Source of the DNA: an uncultured Deferribacteres bacterium
GTDB taxonomy: Bacteria; Zhuqueibacterota; Zhuqueibacteria; Zhuqueibacterales; Geothermadaptataceae
DNA length: 64,000 nucleotides
Direction of reading: 5' to 3'
Assembly: GCA_964014485.1 (NCBI GenBank)
Contig: CAXHAT010000001.1
Location: 32,001-96,000, forward strand
Part shown: in pieces, positions 48,789-59,209 of the stretch
Layout: every line of letters starts with the position of its first letter
Position numbering within the stretch: position 1 is the first letter of the stretch
The notes under the pieces: model-generated
What the model was told of the DNA's origin: nothing
What the model saw: only the letters and a program-made list of their open reading frames with translations
The model's database searches: none
Position numbers and translations under genes: made by a program

Positions 48789-51314
48789 TTATTGATCTGA
48801 AGTATAATCGTTGTCGTTCTGAGGTGCGCCGTTTGTGTTCAAGTCAACGTCTGAGGCGTTTTCATCTTGATCATCTTCGTCTTCTCCTTCGTCAGCAACA
48901 ACTGTTGCAACGTCAGCGATGACGTCTCCATCATCGACTCGAATCAATCGAAACCCTTGTGTATTTCTGCCGATAACGCTGATTTGGCCAATGTTTTGGC
49001 GGATGATAATTCCCTTTTGCGTGATGATCATAACATCGTTATCATCGACGGCTTCTTCAATCGCCACCAACAGTCCGGTTTTATCATTCGTTTTCAGCGT
49101 GATGACGCCCTTGCCGCCTCGGTGCTGCAGAGAATAATCTTCGACGAAACTGCGCTTGCCATATCCGTTCTCTGTAACAATAAGAACGGTTCCATCGCCC
49201 GAAACGATAACCATCCCAATCAAGACGTCATTTTCAGACAACTCGATTCCTTTTACGCCGGAAGCGGTTCTTCCCATCTCGCGAACTTCGCCTTCGTTAA
49301 ATCGAATCGATTTTCCCTGGCGGGTCGCAAGCATAATTTGCTGAGAACCGTCGGTCAGCTTCGCGGCGATCAATTCGTCGTTTTCCCGAATAGATATAGC
49401 ATTTATGCCGCCTTTGCGCGGATTTCCGTAAGCTGACAGCGCGGTCTTTTTAACAATTCCGCGCGCCGTCGCCATAACGACGTTTCGTGCATCGTCGAAC
49501 TCACGAACGCTTACAAAAGCAGCAATTTTCTCGTCGGCGTCGAGATTGAGCACGTTAACCAACGCTCTGCCGCGCGACGTTCGGCCAGCCAAAGGCGCTT
49601 GATAGACTTTGAGCCAATGGCATTTTCCTTTGTTGGTAAAAAACAAAATATAATTATGAGTTGAAGCGACAAACAGATGCTTTATGAAAGCTTCGTTTTT
49701 GGTTTTTGAGCCCGTCAGTCCTCGGCCGCCGCGATTCTGGCTGCGATATTCCGTGAGAGGAACGCGCTTGATAAAACCGTCGCTGCTCATCGTCACAACC
49801 ATATCTTCCTCGGCGATCAAGGATTCAATGCTGATGCCTTCTAACGATGGAACAATGTCGGTGCGGCGCTCATCGCCATATTTGTCCTTGAGAGCAAGCA
49901 ATTCTTCCTTGACGATCTGCATTCGCAATTCACGATTCGCCAAAATGCTTTGCAGCTTTTCGATCAATTGCAAAACTTCGCGATATTCTTGCTCGATTTT
50001 ATCGCGTTCAAGACCGGTCAATCTTTGCAAACGCATATCGAGAATCGCTTGCGCTTGAATTTCGCTTAAGCCAAAGCGTTCCATCAAACCGGTTCGCGCT
50101 TCGGAAGGGTTGGCGGACTTTTTGATCAATTCAACTATTTCGTCGATATTGTCGAGCGCTATTTTTAAGCCTTCCAAAATGTGCGCGCGTTTTTCCGCTT
50201 TTTCCAAATCGAATTTCGTTCGACGAACAACGACTTCGTGGCGAAAATCGATGAAATGCTGCAAAACTTGCTTGAGCGTCAACACATGCGGGCGGCCATT
50301 GACAAGCGCCAGCATGATGACCCCAAAACTCGTCTGCAATGCCGTGTGCTTAAAAAGATTGTTGAGCACAACATCCGGCACGGCGTCGCGCTTCAGTTCA
50401 ACGACCACGCGAATGCCTTCACGATCCGATTCGTCGCGAATATCGGAAATGCCTTCGATGCGTTTTTCGCGAATTTGCGCCGCTGTTCTTTCAATCCACC
50501 CGCGCTTGTTGACCTGGTAGGGAAACTCGTTGACGATAATTCTTTCACGCCCGTTGTTTAGCTCTTCAAACTGCGTCTTTGCGCGTATCGAGACAATACC
50601 TCGCCCGGAGCGGTAAGCTTCGTCAATGCCTTCTTCGCCGTAAATCGTTCCGCCGGTTGGAAAATCCGGCCCTTTGATATGTTCCATCAAGCCTTCGACG
50701 GCGATTTCCGGATCGTCAATAAGCGCGGCGATGCCGTTGATAACTTCATCGATATTGTGTGGCGGGATGTTCGTCGCCATTCCGACGGCAATTCCTGACG
50801 AACCATTGACCAGCAACGTAGGCAGCACGGACGGCAGAACGGTCGGCTCTTTTAGCGATTCATCGAAATTCGGGGCAAAATCGACAGTGTTCTTTTCGAG
50901 GTCACGCAGAATTTCTTCAGCAATGCGGGTAAGACGCGCTTCGGTGTAACGCATGGCCGCCGGGTTGTCGCCGTCAATAGAACCAAAGTTGCCTTGGCCG
51001 TCGACAAGCGGGTAGCGCAACGAAAAGTCTTGCACCATCCGAACCATCGCATCATAAACGGCTGAATCGCCGTGCGGATGGTATTTACCCAACACTTCAC
51101 CAACGATTCTTGCTGACTTTTTGTAAGAGCTGCCGGGTCTCAAATTCAAGTCTAACATGCCGTACAGGACGCGGCGGTGGACTGGCTTCAATCCGTCGCG
51201 TACATCCGGCAGCGCCCGCGAAACAATGACCGACATCGAATAATTGATGTACGATTCTTTCATTTCGTCTTCGATGAAGACCGGAACGACTTTGCCTATT
51301 TCAAAATTACTCAT
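48789..51314 (-). CDS. gyrA: DNA gyrase subunit A
   Basis: [14 protein letters not shown], GyrA-box QNRGGRG, acidic tail. Confidence 0.97.
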   Translation of the reverse strand: MSNFEIGKVVPVFIEDEMKESYINYSMSVIVSRALPDVRDGLKPVHRRVLYGMLDLNLRPGSSYKKSARIVGEVLGKYHPHGDSAVYDAMVRMVQDFSLRYPLVDGQGNFGSIDGDNPAAMRYTEARLTRIAEEILRDLEKNTVDFAPNFDESLKEPTVLPSVLPTLLVNGSSGIAVGMATNIPPHNIDEVINGIAALIDDPEIAVEGLMEHIKGPDFPTGGTIYGEEGIDEAYRSGRGIVSIRAKTQFEELNNGRERIIVNEFPYQVNKRGWIERTAAQIREKRIEGISDIRDESDREGIRVVVELKRDAVPDVVLNNLFKHTALQTSFGVIMLALVNGRPHVLTLKQVLQHFIDFRHEVVVRRTKFDLEKAEKRAHILEGLKIALDNIDEIVELIKKSANPSEARTGLMERFGLSEIQAQAILDMRLQRLTGLERDKIEQEYREVLQLIEKLQSILANRELRMQIVKEELLALKDKYGDERRTDIVPSLEGISIESLIAEEDMVVTMSSDGFIKRVPLTEYRSQNRGGRGLTGSKTKNEAFIKHLFVASTHNYILFFTNKGKCHWLKVYQAPLAGRTSRGRALVNVLNLDADEKIAAFVSVREFDDARNVVMATARGIVKKTALSAYGNPRKGGINAISIRENDELIAAKLTDGSQQIMLATRQGKSIRFNEGEVREMGRTASGVKGIELSENDVLIGMVIVSGDGTVLIVTENGYGKRSFVEDYSLQHRGGKGVITLKTNDKTGLLVAIEEAVDDNDVMIITQKGIIIRQNIGQISVIGRNTQGFRLIRVDDGDVIADVATVVADEGEDEDDQDENASDVDLNTNGAPQNDNDYTSDQ

Positions 51315-51456
51315 GAACAATCCGTATTATTTGCTTGCAGAAAACCCGCTGATGCAAAAGTTAAATCCGCTAAGGTTTTTTGTGTTTTTTTACAGCACGA
51401 AAACATCTTGGAGTTTTGATGTTTTTGCGCGACAGAAGATCAAATAATACAAATAT

Positions 51457-52587
51457 TTACCGCAACTCGCAAGCAGTTTGTTTTTCTTTAAAAGGCAGGC
51501 CGTCAATTTCCTTCCTTTGCTTAAGCGCAGGAGTGGAAGTATGAGTGAACCATTTTGGTTGGGGATCAATGAAATATATCAAATCGTCCCGGCTTAAGCA
51601 GGTTCGTTTCGACTGTTGTTTTTCCGCAAGAGAATAACTAACCCATGCTGACGGGGCTAATTTTCTCGCCAACAGATCGTCAACCAGTTGCGCGATTTCT
51701 TTTTCAGGTAGTGAGGCGGGAATTTGACATCTGATATTTCGCGGGTACTTGAACCCTCCTCTTTCTTCGTAGAGGCCGTTTTGGATCGCCAGCTTAGCCA
51801 AATACAGCACGGCTCGAACAGCGTCTTTTCGGCCTGGCTGCGCCTGAACGACCGTGTCATTTCCTTCTTGTGCATATCTCATGGCCTGCGGAAGAAGATG
51901 TTTGCGGGCTTCTTCAAAAAAATCATACCCGGCAAAAGATGAATCTTCAAATGCTGATTCATAAGCGTCGTTCACAGCAGAGCTTGATACTAACGGCTCA
52001 AAGTTTTTCACGACGCGTTCATCCGAGTCGTGAAAAATTCTGTTTAGGTATTGCTTCCAGTTCAAATCTGAAGTCACTTGCTGAGATGCTGCTGCAGCAA
52101 TATTGAGTTGCCCTTTTAGCCAACCGACAAATCCGACAGCATCCTGGCCGGTTAGCTCTATCATCATGAATGGCTCGTGGGGCCGCACAAATTCGTTTTC
52201 GCCTTTGTACGTCAATTTCACTGGCAACAACCCGCCAAAATCTCTCAGCACTTGCCGCCAAAAGCCAGCGTTTATCCATAAACCATCGCTTCGGCTTTGA
52301 TCTGCATTCTCAAGCGCCCGTATTGTTTCGTCGATTTCCAGACGCGTTACCCGAAGCTTTAGACGGTTTTCAATAACGGTTTCAAAACCATGGAGCAGGA
52401 TGCGATCATTATCCATCGAAAATCCATTTTTTGCAGCACAATCTCTAAAAGCAACATGAAAGGTTTTTCTTTGACTGGAGAAAAACTGTCCGGGGAGTTC
52501 TTGTTGATCGCTTGATGTTCGCAACTGCAAAAGGCGGTATTTGTATTGAAGTCTTGCAGATTGAGAAATTCCTTGCGAAATGTCCAT
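51457..52587 (-). CDS. Degenerate nicotinamide phosphoribosyltransferase (NAMPT/NadV)-like protein
   Basis: FWRQVLRDFGGLLPVKL..GE..VRPHEP, GFKY, LSRDDL follow the NAMPT scaffold; RBS AGGAG; preceded by an NrtR box. Confidence 0.6.
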   Translation of the reverse strand: MDISQGISQSARLQYKYRLLQLRTSSDQQELPGQFFSSQRKTFHVAFRDCAAKNGFSMDNDRILLHGFETVIENRLKLRVTRLEIDETIRALENADQSRSDGLWINAGFWRQVLRDFGGLLPVKLTYKGENEFVRPHEPFMMIELTGQDAVGFVGWLKGQLNIAAAASQQVTSDLNWKQYLNRIFHDSDERVVKNFEPLVSSSAVNDAYESAFEDSSFAGYDFFEEARKHLLPQAMRYAQEGNDTVVQAQPGRKDAVRAVLYLAKLAIQNGLYEERGGFKYPRNIRCQIPASLPEKEIAQLVDDLLARKLAPSAWVSYSLAEKQQSKRTCLSRDDLIYFIDPQPKWFTHTSTPALKQRKEIDGLPFKEKQTACELR

Positions 52588-52603
52588 GATTCATTACTCC
52601 TGA

Positions 52604-52623
52604 AAGTGTCTTTTTTACACTAA
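52604..52623. promoter_or_regulatory. NrtR operator 2
   Basis: AAGTGTCTTTTTTACACTAA, a GT-N7-AC core palindrome next to the RBS of the NAMPT-like gene. Confidence 0.8.
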
Positions 52624-52678
52624 GTTGTTTATAAAAACAGCCGATCTTTTGTTCGTCCTTAAAATCAGATTGCAATGA

Positions 52679-53332
52679 TTATCTGAACAGCGGGATCGTT
52701 TCCAGTGATCGGCTTACGGCTTGATACAACATTGCTGGCCGGGCTTTTCTCCCCAACCGTTTTTCTCCAGTGGGCTTGATGATATTTAAGGAAAGAATTT
52801 TTTTTCGAAAATTTCGTTTGTCGATATTTCGCTGGAGGCAATATTCATAAAGTTTTTGCATTTCCGTGAGAGTGAACTTTTGAGGAAGCAAGAGCAGCGC
52901 AATGGAAGTGTAATTAAGTTTCGAAGCTATCCGCTCTCTGCAAACGCTCAAAATCTGATCGTGATCGTAGGCCAAATCATGGATGGAAAACGCATCTCTC
53001 CACTGGCCGTAAGTATATTTTTCACACGGTTCAAACAACGCAACGTCAGACTCCGGAAAAGCCATGTATGCAGTGGCGATTGACCTGCGCCGAACGTCAC
53101 GATCCGGAGCTGAGAACGTATAAACCTGCTCGAAAAACGCTTTCTGCGATCCGGTCGCTTCAAAAAAAACCCGCCGGGCGGCCGTCCTAAGGTCCTCATC
53201 GCTTTGCAAGAGAGAACCAGGCAAGGCTAACTTTCCGGAAAACGGTTCAAGCTTTAACTTGACAATGTAGACCAGCAGCTTGTTTTCCGCGAAACGAAAG
53301 ATTGCCATATCGATTGCCGCAAAAGGGTTCAT
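52679..53332 (-). CDS. nrtR: NrtR (Nudix + wHTH) NAD-metabolism regulator
   Basis: ALPG, EQVYTF..PDRD, LAYDH, FTLTEMQ, DKRNFRKK, RPAMLY. Confidence 0.92.
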   Translation of the reverse strand: MNPFAAIDMAIFRFAENKLLVYIVKLKLEPFSGKLALPGSLLQSDEDLRTAARRVFFEATGSQKAFFEQVYTFSAPDRDVRRRSIATAYMAFPESDVALFEPCEKYTYGQWRDAFSIHDLAYDHDQILSVCRERIASKLNYTSIALLLLPQKFTLTEMQKLYEYCLQRNIDKRNFRKKILSLNIIKPTGEKRLGRKARPAMLYQAVSRSLETIPLFR

Positions 53333-53339
53333 GGCGACA

Positions 53340-53368
53340 AGTATAGTGTCCTTTTTACACGAAGTCAA
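53340..53368 (-). promoter_or_regulatory. sigma70 promoter of nrtR containing NrtR operator 1
   Basis: TTGACT-17 nt-TATACT; the spacer contains GTGTAAAAAGGACAC; the ATG lies 7 nt after the -10. Confidence 0.85.
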
Positions 53369-53459
53369 GTTGATTCTTTCCGCAATGCCTTGAAAAATTC
53401 AATGCGCCTGAGGTACGTTAGAAGAAACCCGCCTCACTCAAAAGAAATCTTAGCGTTTA

Positions 53460-54424
53460 TCACGGTGAAAACTTTTCAATACTATTTCTTATCGGCGCAA
53501 CAGTTTTCAAATATGCGAAAATTGCTTTCAAGTCCCGATCTTTCATCCCTGAGAGTTCGAACCAGGGCATCCTTGTTGTAAATTCCCCGCTATTGATCTT
53601 TACGGGCTGAACTTCCGGGTTTGCAAACGCCTTGAATCTGGCAACAAACATCGCTTCGCTCCATAGCCCGACGCCGGTTTCCGTGTCCTGAGTCAAGTTG
53701 GTTGAGCGTACGATCCCGCCGCCCGGAATCGGAAATTCATGTCCGCCCGCGAAATCCATGCCTTCAACAGGCTCACCCATTTCAATTGGCGTGTGGCAAA
53801 AATGACATCCGGATACTTGGCTCAAAAACTTTCCATAGTTCACTAAATCTGTTGTGTCAGGCTCTTCAACTTCAACATATGGAGCAGGGACGGTCTTGAA
53901 AATCAAGCTGAACGGAAAGGCGATTTCCGGCTCGGGAATAGTGTTTTCAACCGAAGGGAGAGAGCGCAGATACGCGATAATGGCATAGACGTCTGAGCGC
54001 GGCAAGTTTTTGTAAATTGCATAGGGCATCATCGGCGCAAGCCCATTTCCATCCTTGTCAATTCCTGCAGTAATGGCACGAAAAATTTCACCGTCCGTCC
54101 ATTCCTTCAGGTTTGCGGGGGTGAGATTAGACGCGTAGACCTTGCCGAATTCATCTTCGACAAGTCCCCGCCCGCCCCATTTGCTCCATTTACAAGCTTT
54201 GGAGGGTAATAAGCCCAATCATGCTCCGAGTGACAATCCATGCATAAATTCACATGATTCGCCAAATACTTGCCGCGCATAACGAGTTCTTCCGTTGATT
54301 CTATGGCAATATCCGGCGCGGCTTCAACTTTTGGAAAACTGAAATTGATAAAAGCAGCGCCCGCAACGACCAACACAACAACAAGGACTACCAATATCCC
54401 GAGAATTTTCAAAAGTTTTTTCAT
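53460..54424 (-). pseudogene. Diheme cytochrome c, frameshifted (pseudogene or sequencing error)
   Basis: TM anchor and CMDCH are in one frame; ASNLTP, MMPY and CHFCH are in another. One extra G in the G4 run at 54166-54169 restores the frame. Confidence 0.8.
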
Positions 54425-54689
54425 CACACCACCTTCCACATTGAGTGCTACTCTGAGTACAAAACTTGTTCTTGTTTATCTTAAAAAATATGCGAAAGAA
54501 CTGCGAGATCGAGCAAAGAAAATTTGACTGAAAAGCATTATGGCTTCTGAAAGAATTGAACGGCCTTTCAAAATCCTGATGATTCGCCGCGCAATTGCTG
54601 ATCAAATGGAGGTCGACAAACACGCTCAGCCAGCAACTTTGCAGCATATTAACCGCTCAACGATTATTGCTTCAAATCGTATCTATGCT

Positions 54690-54705
54690 TTGGCACAGAC
54701 TTTGT
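54690..54705 (+). promoter_or_regulatory. Candidate sigma54 promoter
   Basis: TTGGCACAGACTTTGT (TGGCAC-N5-TTGT); no + strand CDS follows it. Confidence 0.55.
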
Positions 54706-54716
54706 GAAATAATTTA

Positions 54717-54830
54717 CCACATTCGCATGGATGCGAATGCGTCATACACTCCCACACCCACTCTTGTTTGCCGGAATTCCCCGCCGGCAAAAAGAAAAAC
54801 CCGACCTGCAACTTGCAGCTCGGGTTTTTT
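54717..54830 (+). ncRNA. Candidate sigma54-dependent sRNA (about 115 nt)
   Basis: Hairpin CATTCGCAT-GG-ATGCGAATG, a C-rich linker, hairpin TTTGCCGG..CCGGCAAA, then a terminator. Confidence 0.5.
54795..54830. terminator. Bidirectional intrinsic terminator
   Basis: AAAAACCCGACCTGCAA-C-TTGCAGCTCGGGTTTTTT. Confidence 0.8.
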
Positions 54831-54870
54831 ATTCTAAATCTGAATGATCTTTATTTTCTGCCGGTAGCAG

Positions 54871-57729
54871 TCATTCAACCGGAAACACGACTATTTTCTT
54901 CGCCAGGAAAACGCCTTGAATATTCAAACGGTAAAAATAAACGCCAGGTGCGGCCAGGTTGCCGTTCGTATTCCGTCCTCGCCAAACCACATTATGAATT
55001 CCCGCGACTAGATTTTTCTCAGAGTAAATCGAGGCCACCCGTTGTCCGAGAATATTGAAAATATCTAAAGAAACCGTAGCGCTATTTTTAAGCGAAAATC
55101 GAATCGTGGCGCCTTTCTCGAAAAGAGCCTTCTGAGCAATCGGATTTGGAAAACTTTGCGATAGTTCAAATTTTGCCGGAACGCTTGTTTCAAAACTTCG
55201 GGATGAAATATCTGTCGGCGTTTTAGCGCTCAAAATTCTTAAACGTCTTACAATTACTTTCCCTGATCTTAAATCGACAACGCCTTCAACTTGCGAGCCG
55301 TCAGTCAATTCATCGACTGAACCCGGCAGCCCATGTTCATCGAGAACCAGAACGTTCGGCTCCCAGTCAAAAGATTCGGGGCCGATTTCAAAGTGCAAGT
55401 CGTCGATTCTCTTGTAAGCGCCGGCGATTATTTTTCTATCCAACGCCCATATTGTATCTGCAAACGCAAAGCCTTGTAATCCAATCCCCACGACTTCTAC
55501 AACCTCATTCTCGCGAAGATTTGAAGGTGCGGCTGTTGAACCGTCCGCATTTATGACGATTACCGAAGGCTCAAAACTGATGACTGTTTTGTTTATCGCG
55601 AGCTCAGTTTCGTTGATTGAAAGGATCGCCCCGGTTGTGCGAACTTCTCTTGCCGAGGATGAAGTTTTCTCAATAACCCACGCAAAACCAGGCCCGTTCT
55701 TTATGGCAATCGCCTGAATGCGTACAGCAGTGTTTACCGAAAAATGTGAGTTAAATTCTTCATAAACTATACTGTCGCCCCGTTCATCTCGCAAGAGAGC
55801 CATTGGCGTGATCAAAATTCTTTCCCCTAATACGCTAACCGTGTCAGCGTTTACTGCGTCAATCCGGCCTTCAAGGAAAAGAGCGTCGTCGACCTCTCCT
55901 ACTATCTGAACAACCTCGGCAATGTATTTCGTTTCGTCAAATTCGCTCTGATTTGCGGTCACTTCAACTATCGAGCTGTCTGTGATGCTTGCAATGCTCG
56001 TTTCCTCGTTGTTTTCGTCCAGAAAAACGGTCGATGCATCGATTTGAACTTCCACTCCGCCGGCAACGATAACGCTGTCCTCAACAACATTGACAAAACT
56101 TTGAACCGCAACCTGATCAATTCGCAAACCTGTGACTCGCACATTAAGCGCATTAAACTCATTTGGCCCCAGAGGCAATGCGGTTACTTCTACTAAATCG
56201 GAATCTTCAAGGTCAGAAAAGAAAATGGGTAGCAGCTGCCGGTTTTGAATTATCGTCAGGTCATTTATTTGAAACTTGTTGTCGTCAATATTGAAAGCGT
56301 TCTCAGCAATCAATGAGATTTCACCGGCAATCGTAACCGCTTCTACATCTGCGTCTTCTACAAAAATTTTTCGGGTTTCAAGCACGCCCTTTGTTGTCTC
56401 GCCGTAGAGAGCTGTAACTATTTGTCCGACCATCAAATCATCATGCGACAGAAATTCCGGTTCTTCTTCAGAATTCAGCACGATGGTGCGTTCGGTCAAC
56501 TCAAACTCCACCGTCTCAACGCCGATCTTCTTTTCGGATACAAAGGACAAATCGCCTTGAACAGTAAGATACGCGCTTGAATCGTTTATCCGGCTAACCT
56601 CGGACATGAGCAAAACATCACCTTCGCGAGCAGTTGCTTTCATTCGAATGTGTTCGCCAAGTCGCAGTTCGCTAAAGTCGATTTTTTTTGAATCGAATCC
56701 GTAGATCTGGTTTTTTCGGGTTTTCGGAATTTCGTATAGCGTTGAAACGACTTCCAGTGTGTCGGGCAACTCGCCGTCTAATGAAATTATGCGATTTATG
56801 AAGCCTTCCACCGTGACGTCTTGATTTACAAATTCGCGACTAACGATGCGCAGACCTTTGACGTATTTGAAGCCAGTGGCCACCGAAACGGTTGAAATTT
56901 TGACCTGCATCCCCGGTTTAAATTCGGAAAGCGGGATGGTTTCTTCACTCTCATCTTGTACTGCGGTAAACGGCAGAATGCAAAATCTCGAGCCCGTCGC
57001 GAAAATTGTTGAGTCATCGATCGCGTCAAGGGTCGTGGTCAAGGTTAAAGTTTGTTCATCATCCGGACGTCCAACAATGAGAATGCGTCTTGCAAAGATT
57101 GTATCGCTATCGAATTTTTCGCCTGCAATTTCGACTTTTTGTCCGACTTCAAGTTCGCCGACGTCCAAAAATTCGCCAAATTCTTCGACAATGGTCGAAT
57201 CATCGATTTCAAAAACGACTTTTTCTCCGACAACAATCGACTTGCTTAAAAAAGCAGTGATGATTCCAGTGACTGCAAGGTCGCCTTGAATCTCAGCATT
57301 GGCAGCAACTCTGACGTCCGCTTTTGAGCTGAACTTAACTTTTCGATCGTCTTCGATGTCCGCTCTGAATCTCCACGAGGTGAAGCCTCGCTCTAATTTC
57401 TCAAGCGGCAGCGCGAGTGTAAAGACGCCGTTAAAATGATTAACAAACTCGCCTTCTATGGTCGTTGAGCGTTTATCGCCGATTTTTGAGCTGATTGACC
57501 ATGCGTTTTCGTCGATGTCCGTAAAGTCAACTTGCGGAAAAATGACGCGAGCAAAAAGCGTATCGGAAAACGCAAAGGACTCATCGAATGTGGAAAAATC
57601 CGCGCTGCGAGAAAGCTCTAACGTTTGGCCGTGAAGGAGCGCAGGAAATAAGATGAACAAGCCCAACCCAACAGCCAGTAAGCGTCTTTTTGTGGAGTTT
57701 TTGAATATATGAAGGTTTTCTATTTTCAT
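54871..57729 (-). CDS. Large secreted protein with tandem DUF5666-like repeats and C-terminal FlgD-Ig/T9SS-like domain (start uncertain)
   Basis: Signal peptide; repeated pattern G.I......V.....I...T.........L..G..V.V; LSQSFPNP...PGVYFYRL. Confidence 0.8.
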   Translation of the reverse strand: MKIENLHIFKNSTKRRLLAVGLGLFILFPALLHGQTLELSRSADFSTFDESFAFSDTLFARVIFPQVDFTDIDENAWSISSKIGDKRSTTIEGEFVNHFNGVFTLALPLEKLERGFTSWRFRADIEDDRKVKFSSKADVRVAANAEIQGDLAVTGIITAFLSKSIVVGEKVVFEIDDSTIVEEFGEFLDVGELEVGQKVEIAGEKFDSDTIFARRILIVGRPDDEQTLTLTTTLDAIDDSTIFATGSRFCILPFTAVQDESEETIPLSEFKPGMQVKISTVSVATGFKYVKGLRIVSREFVNQDVTVEGFINRIISLDGELPDTLEVVSTLYEIPKTRKNQIYGFDSKKIDFSELRLGEHIRMKATAREGDVLLMSEVSRINDSSAYLTVQGDLSFVSEKKIGVETVEFELTERTIVLNSEEEPEFLSHDDLMVGQIVTALYGETTKGVLETRKIFVEDADVEAVTIAGEISLIAENAFNIDDNKFQINDLTIIQNRQLLPIFFSDLEDSDLVEVTALPLGPNEFNALNVRVTGLRIDQVAVQSFVNVVEDSVIVAGGVEVQIDASTVFLDENNEETSIASITDSSIVEVTANQSEFDETKYIAEVVQIVGEVDDALFLEGRIDAVNADTVSVLGERILITPMALLRDERGDSIVYEEFNSHFSVNTAVRIQAIAIKNGPGFAWVIEKTSSSAREVRTTGAILSINETELAINKTVISFEPSVIVINADGSTAAPSNLRENEVVEVVGIGLQGFAFADTIWALDRKIIAGAYKRIDDLHFEIGPESFDWEPNVLVLDEHGLPGSVDELTDGSQVEGVVDLRSGKVIVRRLRILSAKTPTDISSRSFETSVPAKFELSQSFPNPIAQKALFEKGATIRFSLKNSATVSLDIFNILGQRVASIYSEKNLVAGIHNVVWRGRNTNGNLAAPGVYFYRLNIQGVFLAKKIVVFPVE

Positions 57730-57940
57730 ATTTTTAAACAAAAATGCAGAGAGGCCATCGTTCGAAAAACAACTTCAGCTTCCTGCATGTTTAGAGTAAT
57801 TTATCGGAAAAATCAACGAGTGACAATGGAGGCGCTTCGTTTTTCACGGAGTCTAAAATTTTCTCAACGGCTTGGCGTATCTCCAGTGGACGAAACTTCA
57901 ACAAATCGACGATTTAGCCCAATAACGCTTCATGTTACCA

Positions 57941-57969
57941 ATTATACGTTTGTTTCGGCAATGCGTCAA
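57941..57969 (-). promoter_or_regulatory. sigma70 promoter for the DUF5666-like gene
   Basis: TTGACG-17 nt-TATAAT. Confidence 0.7.
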
Positions 57970-57979
57970 CAATGAATCG

Positions 57980-57995
57980 TCAACTACTGTGCCAA
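57980..57995 (-). promoter_or_regulatory. Candidate sigma54 promoter for the DUF5666-like gene
   Basis: TTGGCACAGTAGTTGA (TGGCAC-N5-TTGA; the -12 is non-canonical). Confidence 0.5.
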
Positions 57996-58034
57996 TTGAA
58001 GCTTTGGGTAAAGCAAACTTCGTCAAAAGAGTCT

Positions 58035-58063
58035 TTGTGACGTTCTATTAATTTTTGTATAAT
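58035..58063 (+). promoter_or_regulatory. sigma70 promoter for the lipoprotein-EBP-kinase operon
   Basis: TTGTGA-17 nt-TATAAT. Confidence 0.6.
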
Positions 58064-58067
58064 CGGC

Positions 58068-58116
58068 TGTGCATTATATGCGCATAAATTTTCGAGAATT
58101 GCGTAATTTTTGCACA
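58068..58116. promoter_or_regulatory. Paired enhancer (bEBP-binding) palindromes
   Basis: TGTGCA-N5-TGCGCA (58068-58084) and TGCGTA-N5-TGCACA (58100-58116), 32 bp apart. Confidence 0.6.
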
Positions 58117-58144
58117 AAACCGGCTTTTAGCGTGCGTTCTGAAA

Positions 58145-59209
58145 ATGAACATTAGAAAATACTCTTACCAATACTTTCAAGGCTTTTTCCGTGTTGTGTT
58201 TTGCTCCGCTATGCTTCTGATGTTAATGCAATGCACGGAGGATGCGCCTCGCGACAATCCACTGGACCCGCTTTCAGCGATCTATCGGCCGATCAATGCA
58301 ATTATTGGCAAATGCACAACAGTCTATTCCGCCGCTCAAATTGTTCCAGGCGTTGAGATTGACCTTTTCCCGTTTTCATCTCAGACAGTTGCGGACACAA
58401 GCCTCGGATTTGAAACGACGACCAACGATGATGGAGAATTTGTTTTTGAAAGACTTGCTCCCGGCAAATACCTTTTGCGGTTTCGAAAAGAGGGCTTCGC
58501 TGAAGAAAAATTAGAAGCAACGCTTGACGCCGGGAAGGTATTTTCTGTTGACGTTGGACTTGACCAACTTCCCGTGATAGATTCTCTGCGGCTTTCAACA
58601 GTATTCTCAGAGCTGAACGACGCCGGACAAACCAACACCAATCTTGAAACGTTTTTTGGCGTTTCCGACCCGGACCGAACGCTGGATATAGAAAATTTGA
58701 CTCTGACCATCCCAGACCACTCAATCTCAAAGGACTTGACCCCGGGACGAGATCGCGATAAGTGGGAAACCGTTATCCCGCTGGACTCAACATCGCTCGC
58801 AGGGAAAACGGAAAAACTTCTCGGAGCGCCGATTTTCATCGACATTGAAACGGAGACAAATTCAAAAAGGCGGTCAACCAGGTACGGGCCGTTTTTCATT
58901 ACGCGCTTCGTCAGACATGAAGTTCAAATTATTTCACCCCGCGACAATATCACCGTCGGCCAAAGGCCGACTTTTTTATGGCCGGAACCTCATTTTCCTT
59001 TCAGCTACAAAACGGCCATCGATGCAAAACGCATCATTTCATTTGATACGTTCGAAGAATTTCTATTTGAAAACATCCAGGACACGACGCTGACGCCTTT
59101 TGTGAACCTTACAGTCGGCGATTATTTTTGGGTGTTGGAATTTGAAGATGAATTTGGAAACAAGAGCCGAACGAAACCGGCGACTTTCAAAATAAGGGCG
59201 AACGAATGA
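58145..59209 (+). CDS. Predicted lipoprotein with carboxypeptidase-regulatory-like Ig domain
   Basis: Lipobox-like LMQ-C followed by [36 protein letters not shown]. Confidence 0.75.
   Translation: MNIRKYSYQYFQGFFRVVFCSAMLLMLMQCTEDAPRDNPLDPLSAIYRPINAIIGKCTTVYSAAQIVPGVEIDLFPFSSQTVADTSLGFETTTNDDGEFVFERLAPGKYLLRFRKEGFAEEKLEATLDAGKVFSVDVGLDQLPVIDSLRLSTVFSELNDAGQTNTNLETFFGVSDPDRTLDIENLTLTIPDHSISKDLTPGRDRDKWETVIPLDSTSLAGKTEKLLGAPIFIDIETETNSKRRSTRYGPFFITRFVRHEVQIISPRDNITVGQRPTFLWPEPHFPFSYKTAIDAKRIISFDTFEEFLFENIQDTTLTPFVNLTVGDYFWVLEFEDEFGNKSRTKPATFKIRANE

Noticed and set aside
48789..51314. parC assignment
   Set aside because: The GyrA-box QNRGGRG and the acidic tail indicate GyrA.
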